Source of the DNA: an uncultured Gammaproteobacteria bacterium
Lineage (GTDB): Bacteria > Pseudomonadota > Gammaproteobacteria > Pseudomonadales > Pseudohongiellaceae
Reading direction: 5' to 3'
Length of the DNA stretch: 64,000 bases
Assembly: GCA_903837345.1 (NCBI GenBank)
Contig: CAILUG010000020.1
Location: 19,992 to 83,991 of the forward strand
The position numbers and the translations under genes are program-made. Shown here piece by piece: positions 1 through 9,001 of this stretch (its first letter is position 1; each line of letters opens with the position of its first letter). A model generated the notes under the pieces. The model did not search any database and was not told the origin of the DNA. It saw only the letters and a list, made by a program, of their open reading frames with translations.

Positions 1-535
1 CCACCGGCGGCACCGGATCCGCCGCAGCTTTGGCAGGGACGGAGGGGATGCTCGACGTGGAGGCTGCAGTGGAAACGGCCGGCTTTGCACCGCCGATAAA
101 ATTCACTACATCCTCCTTGGTAATGCGCCCATCCTTGCCAGTGCTGGGCACCGAATTCGGATCCAGCTTGTTCTCTTCAATCAACTTGCGCGCCGCCGGA
201 CTCATCAGCACTTCCAGATTGCTCTTGTCCACCATGGTTGCAGCTGGGACTGCGGCCTTGGCCGCCGGAGCAGGTGCGGCGGAGGCGCCGGCTTCAATCA
301 CCGCCAGCAATTCATTGCTGACAATCACTTCACCTTCACCCTTGACGATTTTCTGCAGCACACCATCAACAGGCGCAACCACTTCCAGCAGCACTTTGTC
401 GGTTTCGATATCAACAATCAGTTCGTCGCGGGCAACAGCCTGCCCGGCTTTCTTGTACCAGGTGGCAATCCTGCCGTCGGGTACGGATTCCGGCAGTGCC
501 GGTGCCTTGATTTCTATCATCGGGCCGTTCGCCAT
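1..535 (-). CDS. sucB: 2-oxoglutarate dehydrogenase E2 (dihydrolipoyllysine-residue succinyltransferase), N-terminal part; the gene continues past the window start
   Basis: Reading the minus strand from the ATG at 535 gives MANGPMIEIKAPALPESVPDGRIATWYKK...DIETDKVLLEVVAP, a lipoyl domain with the ETDK lipoyl-lysine motif. An Ala/Pro linker follows, then SPAARKLIEENKLD (E3-binding domain). It lies directly downstream of sucA. It is absent from the ORF track because it is open at the window edge. Confidence 0.85.
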   Translation of the reverse strand, partial: MANGPMIEIKAPALPESVPDGRIATWYKKAGQAVARDELIVDIETDKVLLEVVAPVDGVLQKIVKGEGEVIVSNELLAVIEAGASAAPAPAAKAAVPAATMVDKSNLEVLMSPAARKLIEENKLDPNSVPSTGKDGRITKEDVVNFIGGAKPAVSTAASTSSIPSVPAKAAADPVPPV

Positions 536-576
536 GATGTGTGCTTCCTCTTCGAATTAGTCGCAGTACGTATTTT

Positions 577-3426
577 TTATTTCAGTTCAAACGCATCTTT
601 CAGGAACTGTTCCAGCTCCTTGTTGTGCAAGGCGCCATAACCGGCCGCCGGCGAAGCCGAAGCTTCGCGGCCGGCATAGACCAGGGTCAGTGCCGGATTG
701 AGTTTGGCAATCACATTGCGCATATGATGCTGGCTCGAATACCAGGCTCCCATGTTTTGTGGCTCTTCCTGACACCAGACCACGGTTTCCAGATTTGTAT
801 AAGGCGCAATGACTTCCGCCAGCTTGTCTTCCGGGAACGGATAGAGCTGTTCCAGTCTGACGATGGCCGCATCTTCGAAGTTCTTGTCGCGTCGACGTGC
901 ACGCAAATCGTAATAGACCTTGCCGCTGCACAGTATCAGTCGTTTGACCTGTTTCGGTTTCAGCGCATCGGTTTCGCCGATAACAGTCTGGAATGAACCA
1001 TTGGCCAGTTCCTCCAGCGTCGAGATGGCTTCCTTGTGACGCAACAGGCTCTTCGGTGTCATCACAATCAGCGGCTTGCGCAACGGCCGGATCATCTGGC
1101 GGCGCAACATGTGGAAGACCTGCGCCGGCGTGGTTGGAATGCACACTTGCATGTTCTTCTGTGCACACAACTGCAAAAAGCGCTCAAGGCGTGCCGAGCT
1201 GTGTTCCGGGCCCTGCCCTTCGTAACCGTGCGGCAGGAACAGCGTCAGACCACACAGGCGTTCCCATTTGTATTCGCCGCTGGCAATGAACTGGTCGATC
1301 ACTACTTGCGCACCATTGGCAAAATCCCCGAATTGCGCTTCCCAGATCACCAATGCATCCGGCCGCGTGGTGGAATAGCCATATTCAAAAGCCAGCACCG
1401 CTTCTTCCGACAGCAGTGAATCAAAGATCACAAACTTGCGTTGCGATTCATTGATGTGCGCGAGTGGCACGAAAGCTTCGCCGGTGTTCTGGTCGTGCAA
1501 TACCGCATGACGATGCGAGAAAGTGCCACGGCCAACGTCCTGACCGGTGATGCGCACCTTGTAATTGGTATCGACCAGGGAGGCGTAGGCCAGCAGTTCG
1601 GCGCAACCCCAATCCAGCGACTGTTCACCTTTCGCCATCTTGCTGCGGTCTTCCAGCACTTTGGCAACCTGGCGATTGACGGTGAAACCGGCCGGCACCT
1701 GGTTGATCTTTTCTGCCAGGGTTTTGAGGTAGCTGATATTGATAGTGGTATCGCACGGCATGCTCATGTCATGGCCGAGATAAGGACGCCAGTCGACGTA
1801 AAGCGCAGTGTTGGGCGCTGTGACCAGGCTCTTCACCACATGCGTGCCTTCTGCCAGGGCTTTGCGGTAATTGCTCATCAAGTCATCAGCTTCGGTTTTG
1901 CTGAGCAAACCTTCAGCCACCAGTTTGTCGGCATAGAGAGTCCGGGTGCTGGGCAGGTTGCGGATGATCTTGTACATCAGCGGCTGGGTGGTGGCCGGCT
2001 CATCGGTTTCGTTGTGGCCACGCCGGCGATAGCAAACCAGGTCGACCACTACGTCCTTGTGGAACTCATTGCGGAAATCCAGCGCCAGCTGGGTAACAAA
2101 CATCACTGCTTCCGGATCGTCACCGTTCACATGGAAGATCGGTGCCTGCACCATTTTCGCAACATCGGTGCAATATTCAGTCGAACGTGCATCATCCTGG
2201 CGACTGGTGGTGAAACCCACCTGGTTGTTGATGACGATGTGAACGGAGCCGCCGGTGTAATAGGCCCGGGTCTGCGACATCTGCAGGGTTTCCATGACCA
2301 CACCCTGCCCTGCAAACGACGCGTCACCATGAATGATGATCGGCAACACGGTCTTGCCTTCCGGATCCTTGCGGCGATCCTGGCGCGCGCGCACAGAACC
2401 TTCTGCCACCGGCGATACGATTTCCAGATGCGACGGGTTGAACGCCATGCTGCAATGCACCTCACCGCCCGGCGTCATGATGTTGGAAGAGAAACCCAGA
2501 TGGTATTTGACGTCGCCTGAATGCTGGAAACGGGTACGGCCTTCAAATTCGTCAAACAGCACGGACGGGTTCTTGCCCAGCGTGTTGATGAGTACATTGA
2601 GGCGGCCGCGATGTGCCATCGCGATGACAATTTCCCTGGTTCCGGCCGCACCGGCGCGCTGGATGATGTCGTCCAGTGCATGGATCACGCTTTCGCCGCC
2701 TTCCAGGCCGAAGCGCTTGGTGCCGGGATATTTGGCATCAAGATGCTTCTCGAGCCCTTCGGCAGAGGTGAGCCTTTCCAGGATGTGCAGACGCTCTTCC
2801 TTGGAGAAACCGGAACCGGGTCGACCACCGACTGACTCAATACGACGTTGTATCCACTGCTTCTCTTTCAGATCATCTATGGCCATGTATTCATAGCCGA
2901 CCGAACTGCAATAGGTGTTTTCGAGTACTGAAACTATCTCGGACAACTGGGCAGACTGCTGATCAATGAACAAAGGCTGGGTATTGAAAACCGTGTCAAG
3001 GTCGGCGCTGGAAAGGTGGTGATACTCAAGCTTGAGATCAGGCACGCTGGCCCGGTGCATCAAACCGAGCGGATCCAGTTTGGCTTGTTGATGACCACGC
3101 ACGCGGAAGGAACTGATCATCTGCACCACGCCAACCTGTTTGGCTTCATGCAGCAGGCTGCCAGGTTGTTTGCCATCGTTGTTCTGTATCAGCGTTACCT
3201 GCCCGCGTTTGGGCAGATCGCGAAAGCTTTCACGAATGCTGGCATGCGATACATCACTGGTGCCGGCACCTTGTGGCAGTGCATTGAAAAAAGCGCTCCA
3301 CTCTTGCGGCACTGACGCAGGATCCGCCAGCCAGCTTTCAAACAGGCTTTCCACATATTCCTGGTTGCCACCGGAAAGTTGCCCGCTCTTGAGCATCATT
3401 TCCCGGAAGTTCTGTTGCATGTTCAT
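577..3426 (-). CDS. sucA: 2-oxoglutarate dehydrogenase E1 component
   Basis: A 949-aa ORF with an N-terminus typical of SucA (SGGNQEYVESLFESWLADP) and the ThDP-dependent E1 core (AHRGRLNVL, GDVKYHLG, HGDASFAGQGVV). It sits in the sdh-suc cluster. Confidence 0.95.
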   Translation of the reverse strand: MNMQQNFREMMLKSGQLSGGNQEYVESLFESWLADPASVPQEWSAFFNALPQGAGTSDVSHASIRESFRDLPKRGQVTLIQNNDGKQPGSLLHEAKQVGVVQMISSFRVRGHQQAKLDPLGLMHRASVPDLKLEYHHLSSADLDTVFNTQPLFIDQQSAQLSEIVSVLENTYCSSVGYEYMAIDDLKEKQWIQRRIESVGGRPGSGFSKEERLHILERLTSAEGLEKHLDAKYPGTKRFGLEGGESVIHALDDIIQRAGAAGTREIVIAMAHRGRLNVLINTLGKNPSVLFDEFEGRTRFQHSGDVKYHLGFSSNIMTPGGEVHCSMAFNPSHLEIVSPVAEGSVRARQDRRKDPEGKTVLPIIIHGDASFAGQGVVMETLQMSQTRAYYTGGSVHIVINNQVGFTTSRQDDARSTEYCTDVAKMVQAPIFHVNGDDPEAVMFVTQLALDFRNEFHKDVVVDLVCYRRRGHNETDEPATTQPLMYKIIRNLPSTRTLYADKLVAEGLLSKTEADDLMSNYRKALAEGTHVVKSLVTAPNTALYVDWRPYLGHDMSMPCDTTINISYLKTLAEKINQVPAGFTVNRQVAKVLEDRSKMAKGEQSLDWGCAELLAYASLVDTNYKVRITGQDVGRGTFSHRHAVLHDQNTGEAFVPLAHINESQRKFVIFDSLLSEEAVLAFEYGYSTTRPDALVIWEAQFGDFANGAQVVIDQFIASGEYKWERLCGLTLFLPHGYEGQGPEHSSARLERFLQLCAQKNMQVCIPTTPAQVFHMLRRQMIRPLRKPLIVMTPKSLLRHKEAISTLEELANGSFQTVIGETDALKPKQVKRLILCSGKVYYDLRARRRDKNFEDAAIVRLEQLYPFPEDKLAEVIAPYTNLETVVWCQEEPQNMGAWYSSQHHMRNVIAKLNPALTLVYAGREASASPAAGYGALHNKELEQFLKDAFELK

Positions 3427-3496
3427 AAGTTACCCCTCGTAACCTGTCTCTTTGCTAACGACAATGCCGGCCAATGACAAAACCGGCCAATGACAA

Positions 3497-4201
3497 TCAG
3501 ATTGCCCGTTCGAGCAGCATCGAACGGATATGGCCAATGGCTTTGGTAGGATTGAGACCTTTCGGACATACGGATACGCAATTCATGATGCCGCGGCAGC
3601 GGAACACACTGAACGGATCTTCCAGTGCTGCCAGTCTTTCTTCGGTGTGGGTATCCCTGCTGTCGGCAAGAAAACGATAGGCCTGCAACAATCCGGCCGG
3701 GCCAATGAATTTGTCAGGATTCCACCAGAACGACGGACAGCTGGTGGAGCAGCACGCGCACAGGATGCACTCATAGAGCCCATCCAGTTTGGCCCGCTCT
3801 TCCGGTGACTGCAGGCGTTCGATGGCCGGCGGCGGATTGTCGTTCTGCAGGAACGGTTTCACTTTCTCGTATTGTGTGTAGAAGGCAATCATGTCGACGA
3901 CGAGATCACGAATCACCGGCAAACCCGGCAGCGGCCGCAGTACCAGTTTGTTGTTCTTCACCACCGCCGACACATGCGTGATACAGGCGAGACCATTCTT
4001 GCCACTGATGTTCATGCCATCGGAACCACACACCCCTTCACGGCAGGAGCGCCGATAGGTCAGCGACGAATCCTGGTCTTTCACCAGTTGTAATACGTCC
4101 AGCACCATCATGTCCTTGCCGTCAGGCAAGTCGATCTGGTAGTCCTGCATGCGGGGCTGGCTGTCTGTTTCAGGGTTGTAACGATAGACGCTGACTAACA
4201 C
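3497..4201 (-). CDS. sdhB: Succinate dehydrogenase iron-sulfur subunit
   Basis: 234 aa with the three Fe-S cysteine clusters (CREGVCGSDGMNISG, CILCACCSTSCP, CRGIMNCVSVCPKG). GTG start preceded by AAAGG. Lies downstream of sdhA. Confidence 0.95.
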   Translation of the reverse strand: MLVSVYRYNPETDSQPRMQDYQIDLPDGKDMMVLDVLQLVKDQDSSLTYRRSCREGVCGSDGMNISGKNGLACITHVSAVVKNNKLVLRPLPGLPVIRDLVVDMIAFYTQYEKVKPFLQNDNPPPAIERLQSPEERAKLDGLYECILCACCSTSCPSFWWNPDKFIGPAGLLQAYRFLADSRDTHTEERLAALEDPFSVFRCRGIMNCVSVCPKGLNPTKAIGHIRSMLLERAI

Positions 4202-4223
4202 GGTTTTTACCTTTCAGTTCTGG

Positions 4224-5996
4224 TCAGTAAGTACGAATCTTGGGTTCAAACACCGGCACGGTCTTCGGTGCAAAATTGACTGCACGCTTGCCCAGGCTCT
4301 TGTTGCCCGGGAAATACAGTGAATGGCACAACCAGTTGTGGTCATCACGTTCGGTGAAATCATCGCGTGCATGCGCACCCCGGCTTTCGGTACGACCTTC
4401 GGCAGCAATCGCGGTGGCTTCGGCGACTTCCAGCAGGTTTTCAAGTTCGAGTGCTTCAATGCGGGCAGTATTGAATGTGTTGCTCTTGTCATCCAGATGC
4501 ACGTTGGCTATACGCTGGCGCAACACTTGCAGTTTTGCTATGCCTTCCTGCATGAACTTGCCATTGCGGAACACACCGAAATGGTTCTGCATGATGGTCT
4601 GCAATTCCTTGCGCAGCACGGCAACATGTTCGCCTGACTTGCTGTTGTTCAAACGATGCAGGCGCTGCATGGCAGCTTCGATGTCACTCTCAGCAGCATT
4701 GCGTTGTTCAATGCCTGCGGTGAGCTCCTTCTCGATCTGGATGCCGGCGGCACGCCCGAACACGATCAGGTCGATCAGCGAGTTGCCACCGAGCCGGTTG
4801 GCCCCGTGGACGGATACGCAGGCCGCCTCACCCACTGCATACAGTCCTTCAATTATTTTTTCCTTGCCATCCACACCGATGGTCAGCGCCTGGCCATGTA
4901 TGTTGGTGGGTATGCCACCCATCATGTAATGACAGGTGGGCACTACCGGAATCGGCTCCTTGACCGGGTCCACATGCGCAAAAGTACGCGCCAGTTCGAG
5001 GATGCCGGGCAGTTTGGCATTCAGTTCCGCTTCGCCCAGATGATCCAGCTTCAGCAGCACATGATCGCCTTCCGGGCCACAACCACGGCCTTCAAGTATT
5101 TCGAGCACCATCGAGCGTGCAACCACATCACGTCCGGCGAGATCTTTCGCATTGGGAGCATAACGCTCCATGAAACGTTCGCCGTTCTTGTTCAACAGGT
5201 AACCGCCTTCACCGCGACTGCCTTCAGTGATTAGAACGCCGGCACCGTAAATGCCGGTGGGATGGAACTGCCACATCTCCATGTCCTGCATCGGAAAGCC
5301 GGCACGCAGCGCCATGCCGATACCATCACCGGTGTTGATGAGCGCATTGGTGGTGGACGCGAAAATCCGGCCGGCACCGCCAGTGGCGAATACGGTGGCC
5401 TTGGATTTGATGTAAACCATTTCGCCGGTTTCAATACAGATGGCAACCACGCCAGTGACATTGCCCTCCTGGTTCTTGACGATGTCGATTGCATACCACT
5501 CATTGAAGAACACCGTGTTGTTTTTCAGGTTGGCCTGATACAGCGTGTGCAGCAAGGCGTGGCCGGTACGGTCGGCCGCTGCACAGGTACGTGCTGCCTG
5601 GCCGCCCTTGCCATAGTCTTTTGACTGGCCACCAAACGGTCGCTGATAAATGCGGCCATCGGCGTTGCGGGAAAACGGCATGCCCATGTGTTCAAGTTCG
5701 AATACTGCCTGCGGACCTTCGCTGCACATGTACTCTATGGCGTCCTGGTCACCGATGTAGTCGGAACCCTTGACGGTGTCATACATATGCCAGCGCCAGT
5801 CGTCATTGGGATCTTCACTGGCGATCGCACAAGTGATGCCACCCTGGGCGGATACGGTATGGGAGCGGGTCGGGAATACTTTGGTAATTACTGCCGTGTT
5901 GTAGCCGGATTGCGACAGTTGCAATGCCGCGCGCAGCCCGGAGCCGCCACCACCAACGATCACGCCGTCAAACGCTATAACTCTGAGCTTAGCCAA
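4224..5996 (-). CDS. sdhA: Succinate dehydrogenase flavoprotein subunit
   Basis: FAD-binding N-terminus [17 protein letters not shown] and the covalent-FAD region [10 protein letters not shown] place the start at the TTG at 5996, preceded by GGAGAA and 2 nt after the sdhD stop. The 667-aa track ORF includes a spurious 5' extension overlapping sdhD. Confidence 0.92.
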   Translation of the reverse strand: MAKLRVIAFDGVIVGGGGSGLRAALQLSQSGYNTAVITKVFPTRSHTVSAQGGITCAIASEDPNDDWRWHMYDTVKGSDYIGDQDAIEYMCSEGPQAVFELEHMGMPFSRNADGRIYQRPFGGQSKDYGKGGQAARTCAAADRTGHALLHTLYQANLKNNTVFFNEWYAIDIVKNQEGNVTGVVAICIETGEMVYIKSKATVFATGGAGRIFASTTNALINTGDGIGMALRAGFPMQDMEMWQFHPTGIYGAGVLITEGSRGEGGYLLNKNGERFMERYAPNAKDLAGRDVVARSMVLEILEGRGCGPEGDHVLLKLDHLGEAELNAKLPGILELARTFAHVDPVKEPIPVVPTCHYMMGGIPTNIHGQALTIGVDGKEKIIEGLYAVGEAACVSVHGANRLGGNSLIDLIVFGRAAGIQIEKELTAGIEQRNAAESDIEAAMQRLHRLNNSKSGEHVAVLRKELQTIMQNHFGVFRNGKFMQEGIAKLQVLRQRIANVHLDDKSNTFNTARIEALELENLLEVAEATAIAAEGRTESRGAHARDDFTERDDHNWLCHSLYFPGNKSLGKRAVNFAPKTVPVFEPKIRTY

Positions 5997-5998
5997 GG

Positions 5999-6367
5999 TC
6001 AGATTCTCCAGAGGATTTGTGTGCACCAGATGAGGTAGACCAACAGCACTGCCAGAGTGGCAAGCTGAAACAGCAGTCGCACCGAAGTGGCAGCCTTGCC
6101 CAGCATCGCAGGGGTGAGGTAATCGGTGGAAATGGTCCACATGCCGACCCATGCATGCGCACACAGCGCCAGGATGGCTCCCAGTGTGAAAATACGCATT
6201 CCTGTCAAATTGAACAGGTTGGTCCATTGTTCAAAAGTCAGGGACGAGTGTGTGGCCAGGTAGATTCCGACAAATACGAACCAGGCCAGCAGCACCACCG
6301 CGCTGACTCTCTGCACCAGCCAATCGAACACACCGCTGCGACCCAGACTGGAAACGCTGGTTACCAT
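5999..6367 (-). CDS. sdhD: Succinate dehydrogenase membrane anchor subunit
   Basis: Small hydrophobic protein. From the ATG at 6367 it reads [16 protein letters not shown], which matches the E. coli SdhD N-terminal pattern MVSNASALGRNGVHDF. The ATG overlaps the sdhC stop (ATGGTAA). Confidence 0.85.
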   Translation of the reverse strand: MVTSVSSLGRSGVFDWLVQRVSAVVLLAWFVFVGIYLATHSSLTFEQWTNLFNLTGMRIFTLGAILALCAHAWVGMWTISTDYLTPAMLGKAATSVRLLFQLATLAVLLVYLIWCTQILWRI

Positions 6368-6735
6368 AGCCACACCTCCACTACCAATGACAGCACCACA
6401 CTGAGGCCTATCGTGATCCTGGCACCGATGGGACCGCCCGCTTTGGTTTCACCGATTCCGATATCCATCAACAGATGCTTGCAACCAGCCACCATGTGAT
6501 AACCCAGCGCCGAAAGGATTACCCACAACACCAGCTTGACCGGGGTAGATCCGATGATTGAACGTACATACAGAAAGCCCTGCTCACTCACCAATGATTG
6601 ATTGAGCAGATAGAGCAGAACAGCTGTCGCTGCAAACAGCGCCACACCGGAAATGCGATGCGTGATCGAAGTCAGGGCTGCCAACGGCAAATCGATGGTG
6701 CCTATATCCAGATTGACTGGGCGTTTGGGTTTCAC
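6361..6735 (-). CDS. sdhC: Succinate dehydrogenase cytochrome b556 subunit
   Basis: 124-aa three-helix membrane protein with SITHRISG (heme-ligand His region). It is the first gene of sdhCDAB. GTG start. Confidence 0.85.
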   Translation of the reverse strand: MKPKRPVNLDIGTIDLPLAALTSITHRISGVALFAATAVLLYLLNQSLVSEQGFLYVRSIIGSTPVKLVLWVILSALGYHMVAGCKHLLMDIGIGETKAGGPIGARITIGLSVVLSLVVEVWLW

Positions 6736-7016
6736 TGGTTGTGTCTCTCGGGATTTTACAAAGTTAATAATTTTTATCAGAAAATTGATTTGTATAAGTA
6801 ATATTTATCAATGCAGCTTTTTCAATTTCCGAGCTGCCGCATTATGCCTGAACCCACATCAATAATTAAGGAGAAACAGAACAGAATCTTGTAAATTCGA
6901 TGTAAGTTCACAATCCGGCCCGGAGCTGGGTAAAACTTCGCAAAAGCTTTTTCTATCAAGATGTTGGCCCTTTAAACATGGCTGCTACTGCACCCGGATA
7001 CAGTCACTGTCGCGGT

Positions 7017-7046
7017 TTGACAAACCTCGCAAGCGCGGGATAGTGT
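7017..7046 (+). promoter_or_regulatory. Candidate sigma70 promoter for gltA
   Basis: TTGACA (7017-7022), an 18-nt spacer, then TAGTGT (7041-7046), about 80 nt upstream of the gltA ATG. Based on sequence pattern only. Confidence 0.35.
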
Positions 7047-7123
7047 TGACCCTCTGTTTATGCAGGGTGCCAACAGCACCCGAATCCGTCTTATCCACCT
7101 GTCACCATGCTGAGGGAGTATCT

Positions 7124-8407
7124 ATGGCTGGTAAAAAGGCACACCTGACTGTCGATGGCATCGCCGAATCCATTGAATTACCGGTTTACCCGGGCACTAC
7201 CGGCCCTGATGTCATTGATGTCAGAAGTCTCACCAGCCACGACATCTTCACTTTCGACCCTGGTTTCATGTCCACGGCCTCCTGTGAATCCAAGATCACC
7301 TATATTGACGGCGACAAAGGCATTTTGCTTTACCGCGGATATCCGATAGAGCAACTGGCAGACAAGTCCGACTATCTCGAATGTTGTTACCTGCTGCTGA
7401 ACGGCGAGCTGCCGGATGCGAAGCAGAAAGCCGAATTTGTGAAAGCCATCCGCTACCACACGATGGTGCACGAACAGATCCATCATTTCTTCAACGGCTT
7501 CCCGCGTGCTGCCCATCCGATGGCGATCATGGTGGGAGTAGTCGGGGCTCTCTCGGCCTTCTATCACGACTCATTGAAGATCGAAAACGAAGACCACCGC
7601 AAAACTGCCGCGCTGCGCCTGATCGCCAAAATGCCGACCATTGCAGCAATGTGCTACAAATATTCGATCGGCCAGCCGTTCCTGTACCCGCGCAATGATC
7701 TCGATTTCAGTTCCAACTTTTTGTACATGATGTTTGGCACACCGTGCGAGACCTATGAACCAAGCCCGGTGCTGGCAGATGCGATGGACAAGATCTTCCT
7801 GTTGCATGCAGACCACGAGCAGAATGCATCAACTTCCACTGTGAGGCTGGCTGGCTCCACTGGTGCCAATCCCTACGCCTGCATTTCCTCCGGCATTACC
7901 GCACTGTGGGGTCCGGCGCACGGCGGCGCCAATGAAGCGGTATTGAAGATGCTGATCGAGATTGGCGACGAGTCGAACATCGACAAATTCATCAAACGTG
8001 CGAAAGACAAGGATGATTCGTTCCGGCTGATGGGCTTTGGGCATCGCGTCTACAAAAACTTTGATCCCCGCGCCAAAGTCATGCGGGAAACCTGCCAGAA
8101 AGTGCTGGCTGATCTCGGCAAACAAAACGATCCATTGTTGCGAATAGCAATGAAACTGGAAAAAATTGCTCTCGAGGACCAGTATTTCATCGATCGCAAT
8201 CTCTACCCGAATGTCGACTTCTATTCCGGCATCATCCTGAAAGCAATCGGGATTCCGGTAAACATGTTTACCGTGATTTTCGCCACCGGCAGAACACCAG
8301 GCTGGGTTGCCCACTGGAATGAAATGATCAGCAATCCTTTCAAGATCGGCCGGCCCCGGCAGCTGTACACAGGCCAGACCCTGCGCAACTATCCGGGTAA
8401 CAAATAA
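7124..8407 (+). CDS. gltA: Citrate synthase (type II)
   Basis: [12 protein letters not shown]...; catalytic-region motifs [14 protein letters not shown] and [14 protein letters not shown]. The ATG at 7124 is preceded by GAGGGAG. Divergent from sdhC, the classic arrangement. Confidence 0.95.
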   Translation: MAGKKAHLTVDGIAESIELPVYPGTTGPDVIDVRSLTSHDIFTFDPGFMSTASCESKITYIDGDKGILLYRGYPIEQLADKSDYLECCYLLLNGELPDAKQKAEFVKAIRYHTMVHEQIHHFFNGFPRAAHPMAIMVGVVGALSAFYHDSLKIENEDHRKTAALRLIAKMPTIAAMCYKYSIGQPFLYPRNDLDFSSNFLYMMFGTPCETYEPSPVLADAMDKIFLLHADHEQNASTSTVRLAGSTGANPYACISSGITALWGPAHGGANEAVLKMLIEIGDESNIDKFIKRAKDKDDSFRLMGFGHRVYKNFDPRAKVMRETCQKVLADLGKQNDPLLRIAMKLEKIALEDQYFIDRNLYPNVDFYSGIILKAIGIPVNMFTVIFATGRTPGWVAHWNEMISNPFKIGRPRQLYTGQTLRNYPGNK

Positions 8408-8412
8408 AACCA

Positions 8413-8522
8413 GCGCCTGCGGCGTTCGAAGCCACTGCACAAGAACCGCGCCAATATTACGTGCGTAGCTCAAAAGCCAGTTCATAAAAAAACCCGCTGT
8501 CTGCAAAGACAGCGGGTTTTTT
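8413..8522 (+). repeat. Copy 1 of a two-copy, roughly 108-nt structured element (partner at 42856-42960); its hairpin is the gltA/tRNA bidirectional terminator
   Basis: It aligns without gaps to 42856-42960 at a constant offset of 34443 nt. 35 of the first 38 nt are identical. GCC-N-GTTCATA is conserved at 8476-8486. The loop TGCAAA matches TGCTAA in copy 2, with different but complementary stems. Confidence 0.6.
8487..8522. terminator. Bidirectional rho-independent terminator (gltA on +, tRNA operon on -)
   Basis: AAAAAA-CCCGCTGTC-tgcaaa-GACAGCGGG-TTTTTT. This is a perfect 9-bp GC-rich stem flanked by an A-run and a T-run, lying between convergent transcription units. Confidence 0.8.
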
Positions 8523-8525
8523 GTT

Positions 8526-8601
8526 TGGCGTCCCCAAGGGGTTTCGAACCCCTGTTACAACCGTGAAAGGGTCGTGTCCTAGGCCACTAGACGATGGGGA
8601 C
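8526..8601 (-). tRNA. tRNA-Glu (anticodon UUC)
   Basis: The reverse complement GTCCCCATCGTCTAGTGGCCTAGGACACGACCCTTTCACGGTTGTAACAGGGGTTCGAAACCCCTTGGGGACGCCA folds as a cloverleaf. It has a 7-bp acceptor stem, anticodon loop CTTTCAC, T-loop TTCGAAA and an encoded CCA. Confidence 0.93.
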
Positions 8602-8617
8602 TTGAACTTGTAACTAC

Positions 8618-8661
8618 TCTTGACAGTCTTGACAGCTCTTCTTGACAGATCTTCTTGTCAG
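8618..8661. repeat. Short tandem repeats in the tRNA-Ala/tRNA-Glu spacer
   Basis: TCTTGACAG occurs twice (8618-8635). Two 13-mers follow, CTCTTCTTGACAG and ATCTTCTTGTCAG (8636-8661). Confidence 0.8.
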
Positions 8662-8704
8662 CTCTGAACGAACTCTGTATTCAGCAACATTTGAGCCATG
8701 CAAG

Positions 8705-8780
8705 TGGTGGAGCCAAGGAGGATCGAACTCCTGACCTCAACGCTGCCAGCGTTGCGCTCTACCAGCTGAGCTATGGCCCC
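8705..8780 (-). tRNA. tRNA-Ala (anticodon GGC)
   Basis: The reverse complement GGGGCCATAGCTCAGCTGGTAGAGCGCAACGCTGGCAGCGTTGAGGTCAGGAGTTCGATCCTCCTTGGCTCCACCA has the G3:U70 alanine identity pair, anticodon loop CTGGCAG and an encoded CCA. Confidence 0.93.
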
Positions 8781-8798
8781 GTTTTCACTACTATTGTT

Positions 8799-8846
8799 GC
8801 TGCTTTTGCTGCTGCTTTTGCTGCTGCTTTTGCTGATGCTTTTGTT
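8799..8846. repeat. 12-nt tandem repeat (four copies) in the tRNA operon 5' leader
   Basis: GCTGCTTTTGCT three times, then GATGCTTTTGTT; on the transcribed strand this reads AGCAAAAGCAGC. It lies between the predicted transcription start and the tRNA-Ala 5' end. Confidence 0.85.
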
Positions 8847-8884
8847 TTCCAGCGATTTTCCCGGGCTCTCCGGGAAAGGCGTGC

Positions 8885-8913
8885 ATTCTATTGACGAGCC
8901 TCTGGGGTGTCAA
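8885..8913 (-). promoter_or_regulatory. Near-consensus sigma70 promoter of the tRNA-Ala/tRNA-Glu operon
   Basis: The minus strand reads TTGACA-CCCCAGAGGCTCGTCAA(17 nt)-TAGAAT, followed by the GC-rich discriminator GCACGCC typical of stringently controlled stable-RNA promoters. An A/T-rich stretch lies just upstream. Confidence 0.7.
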
Positions 8914-9001
8914 TAAAACAGGTGCAGTTTTTCATGACGCCGTTTGTGCCGCTCTCCTAGACACTTTCCATGACGCTTTCCTTGACACTTTGCCCGCGCA
9001 T

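Noticed and set aside
1441-2520. A long + strand ORF (359 aa) inside sucA. There are many similar long ORFs opposite real genes, for example 30-560, 17312-18304, 19381-20505, 32282-33025, 35619-36311, 45169-45834, 47496-48596, 49576-50634, 53810-54619, 55737-56177, 60760-61527 and 61957-62859.
   Set aside because: Each lies entirely antisense to, or out of frame with, a gene that has strong family motifs. Their translations are Arg/Gly/His/Ala-rich and low in complexity, with no recognisable motifs, RBS or sensible boundaries. These are typical shadow ORFs of GC-rich DNA.
5997-6227. A 76-aa N-terminal extension of sdhA in the 667-aa track ORF.
   Set aside because: The extension overlaps sdhD in another frame and shows no similarity to flavoprotein N-termini. 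A TTG preceded by GGAGAA, immediately before the FAD-binding GGGGSG motif, is the plausible start.
8425-8437. GGCGTTCGAAGCC within the repeated element resembles a tRNA T-arm (GTTCGAA loop).
   Set aside because: The flanking sequence cannot form the 5-bp T-stem plus an acceptor 3' strand. Copy 2 has GGTCGAA at this position, so the T-loop consensus is not preserved.
8440-8466. A sigma54-like TGGCGC-N5-TTGT on the minus strand within the conserved block of the repeated element.
   Set aside because: The invariant GG-N10-GC spacing is not met in either copy: GT falls at the -12 position in copy 1, and the spacing is off in copy 2.
8620-8647. Three TTGACA hexamers on the + strand in the tRNA spacer as promoters.
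   Set aside because: They are part of the 9/13-nt tandem repeats. They have no matching -10 at a proper distance, and only antisense tRNA-Ala lies downstream.
8799-8846. The tandem repeats as a CRISPR array or a minisatellite-encoded peptide.
   Set aside because: The units are 12 nt long and directly abutting with no spacers. They lie inside a tRNA precursor leader, and there are no cas genes.
8655-8894. A 79-aa + strand ORF whose product contains AAFAAAFAAAFADAF.
   Set aside because: It runs antisense straight through tRNA-Ala and the tRNA leader. The periodic peptide is just the 12-nt DNA tandem repeat read in frame.
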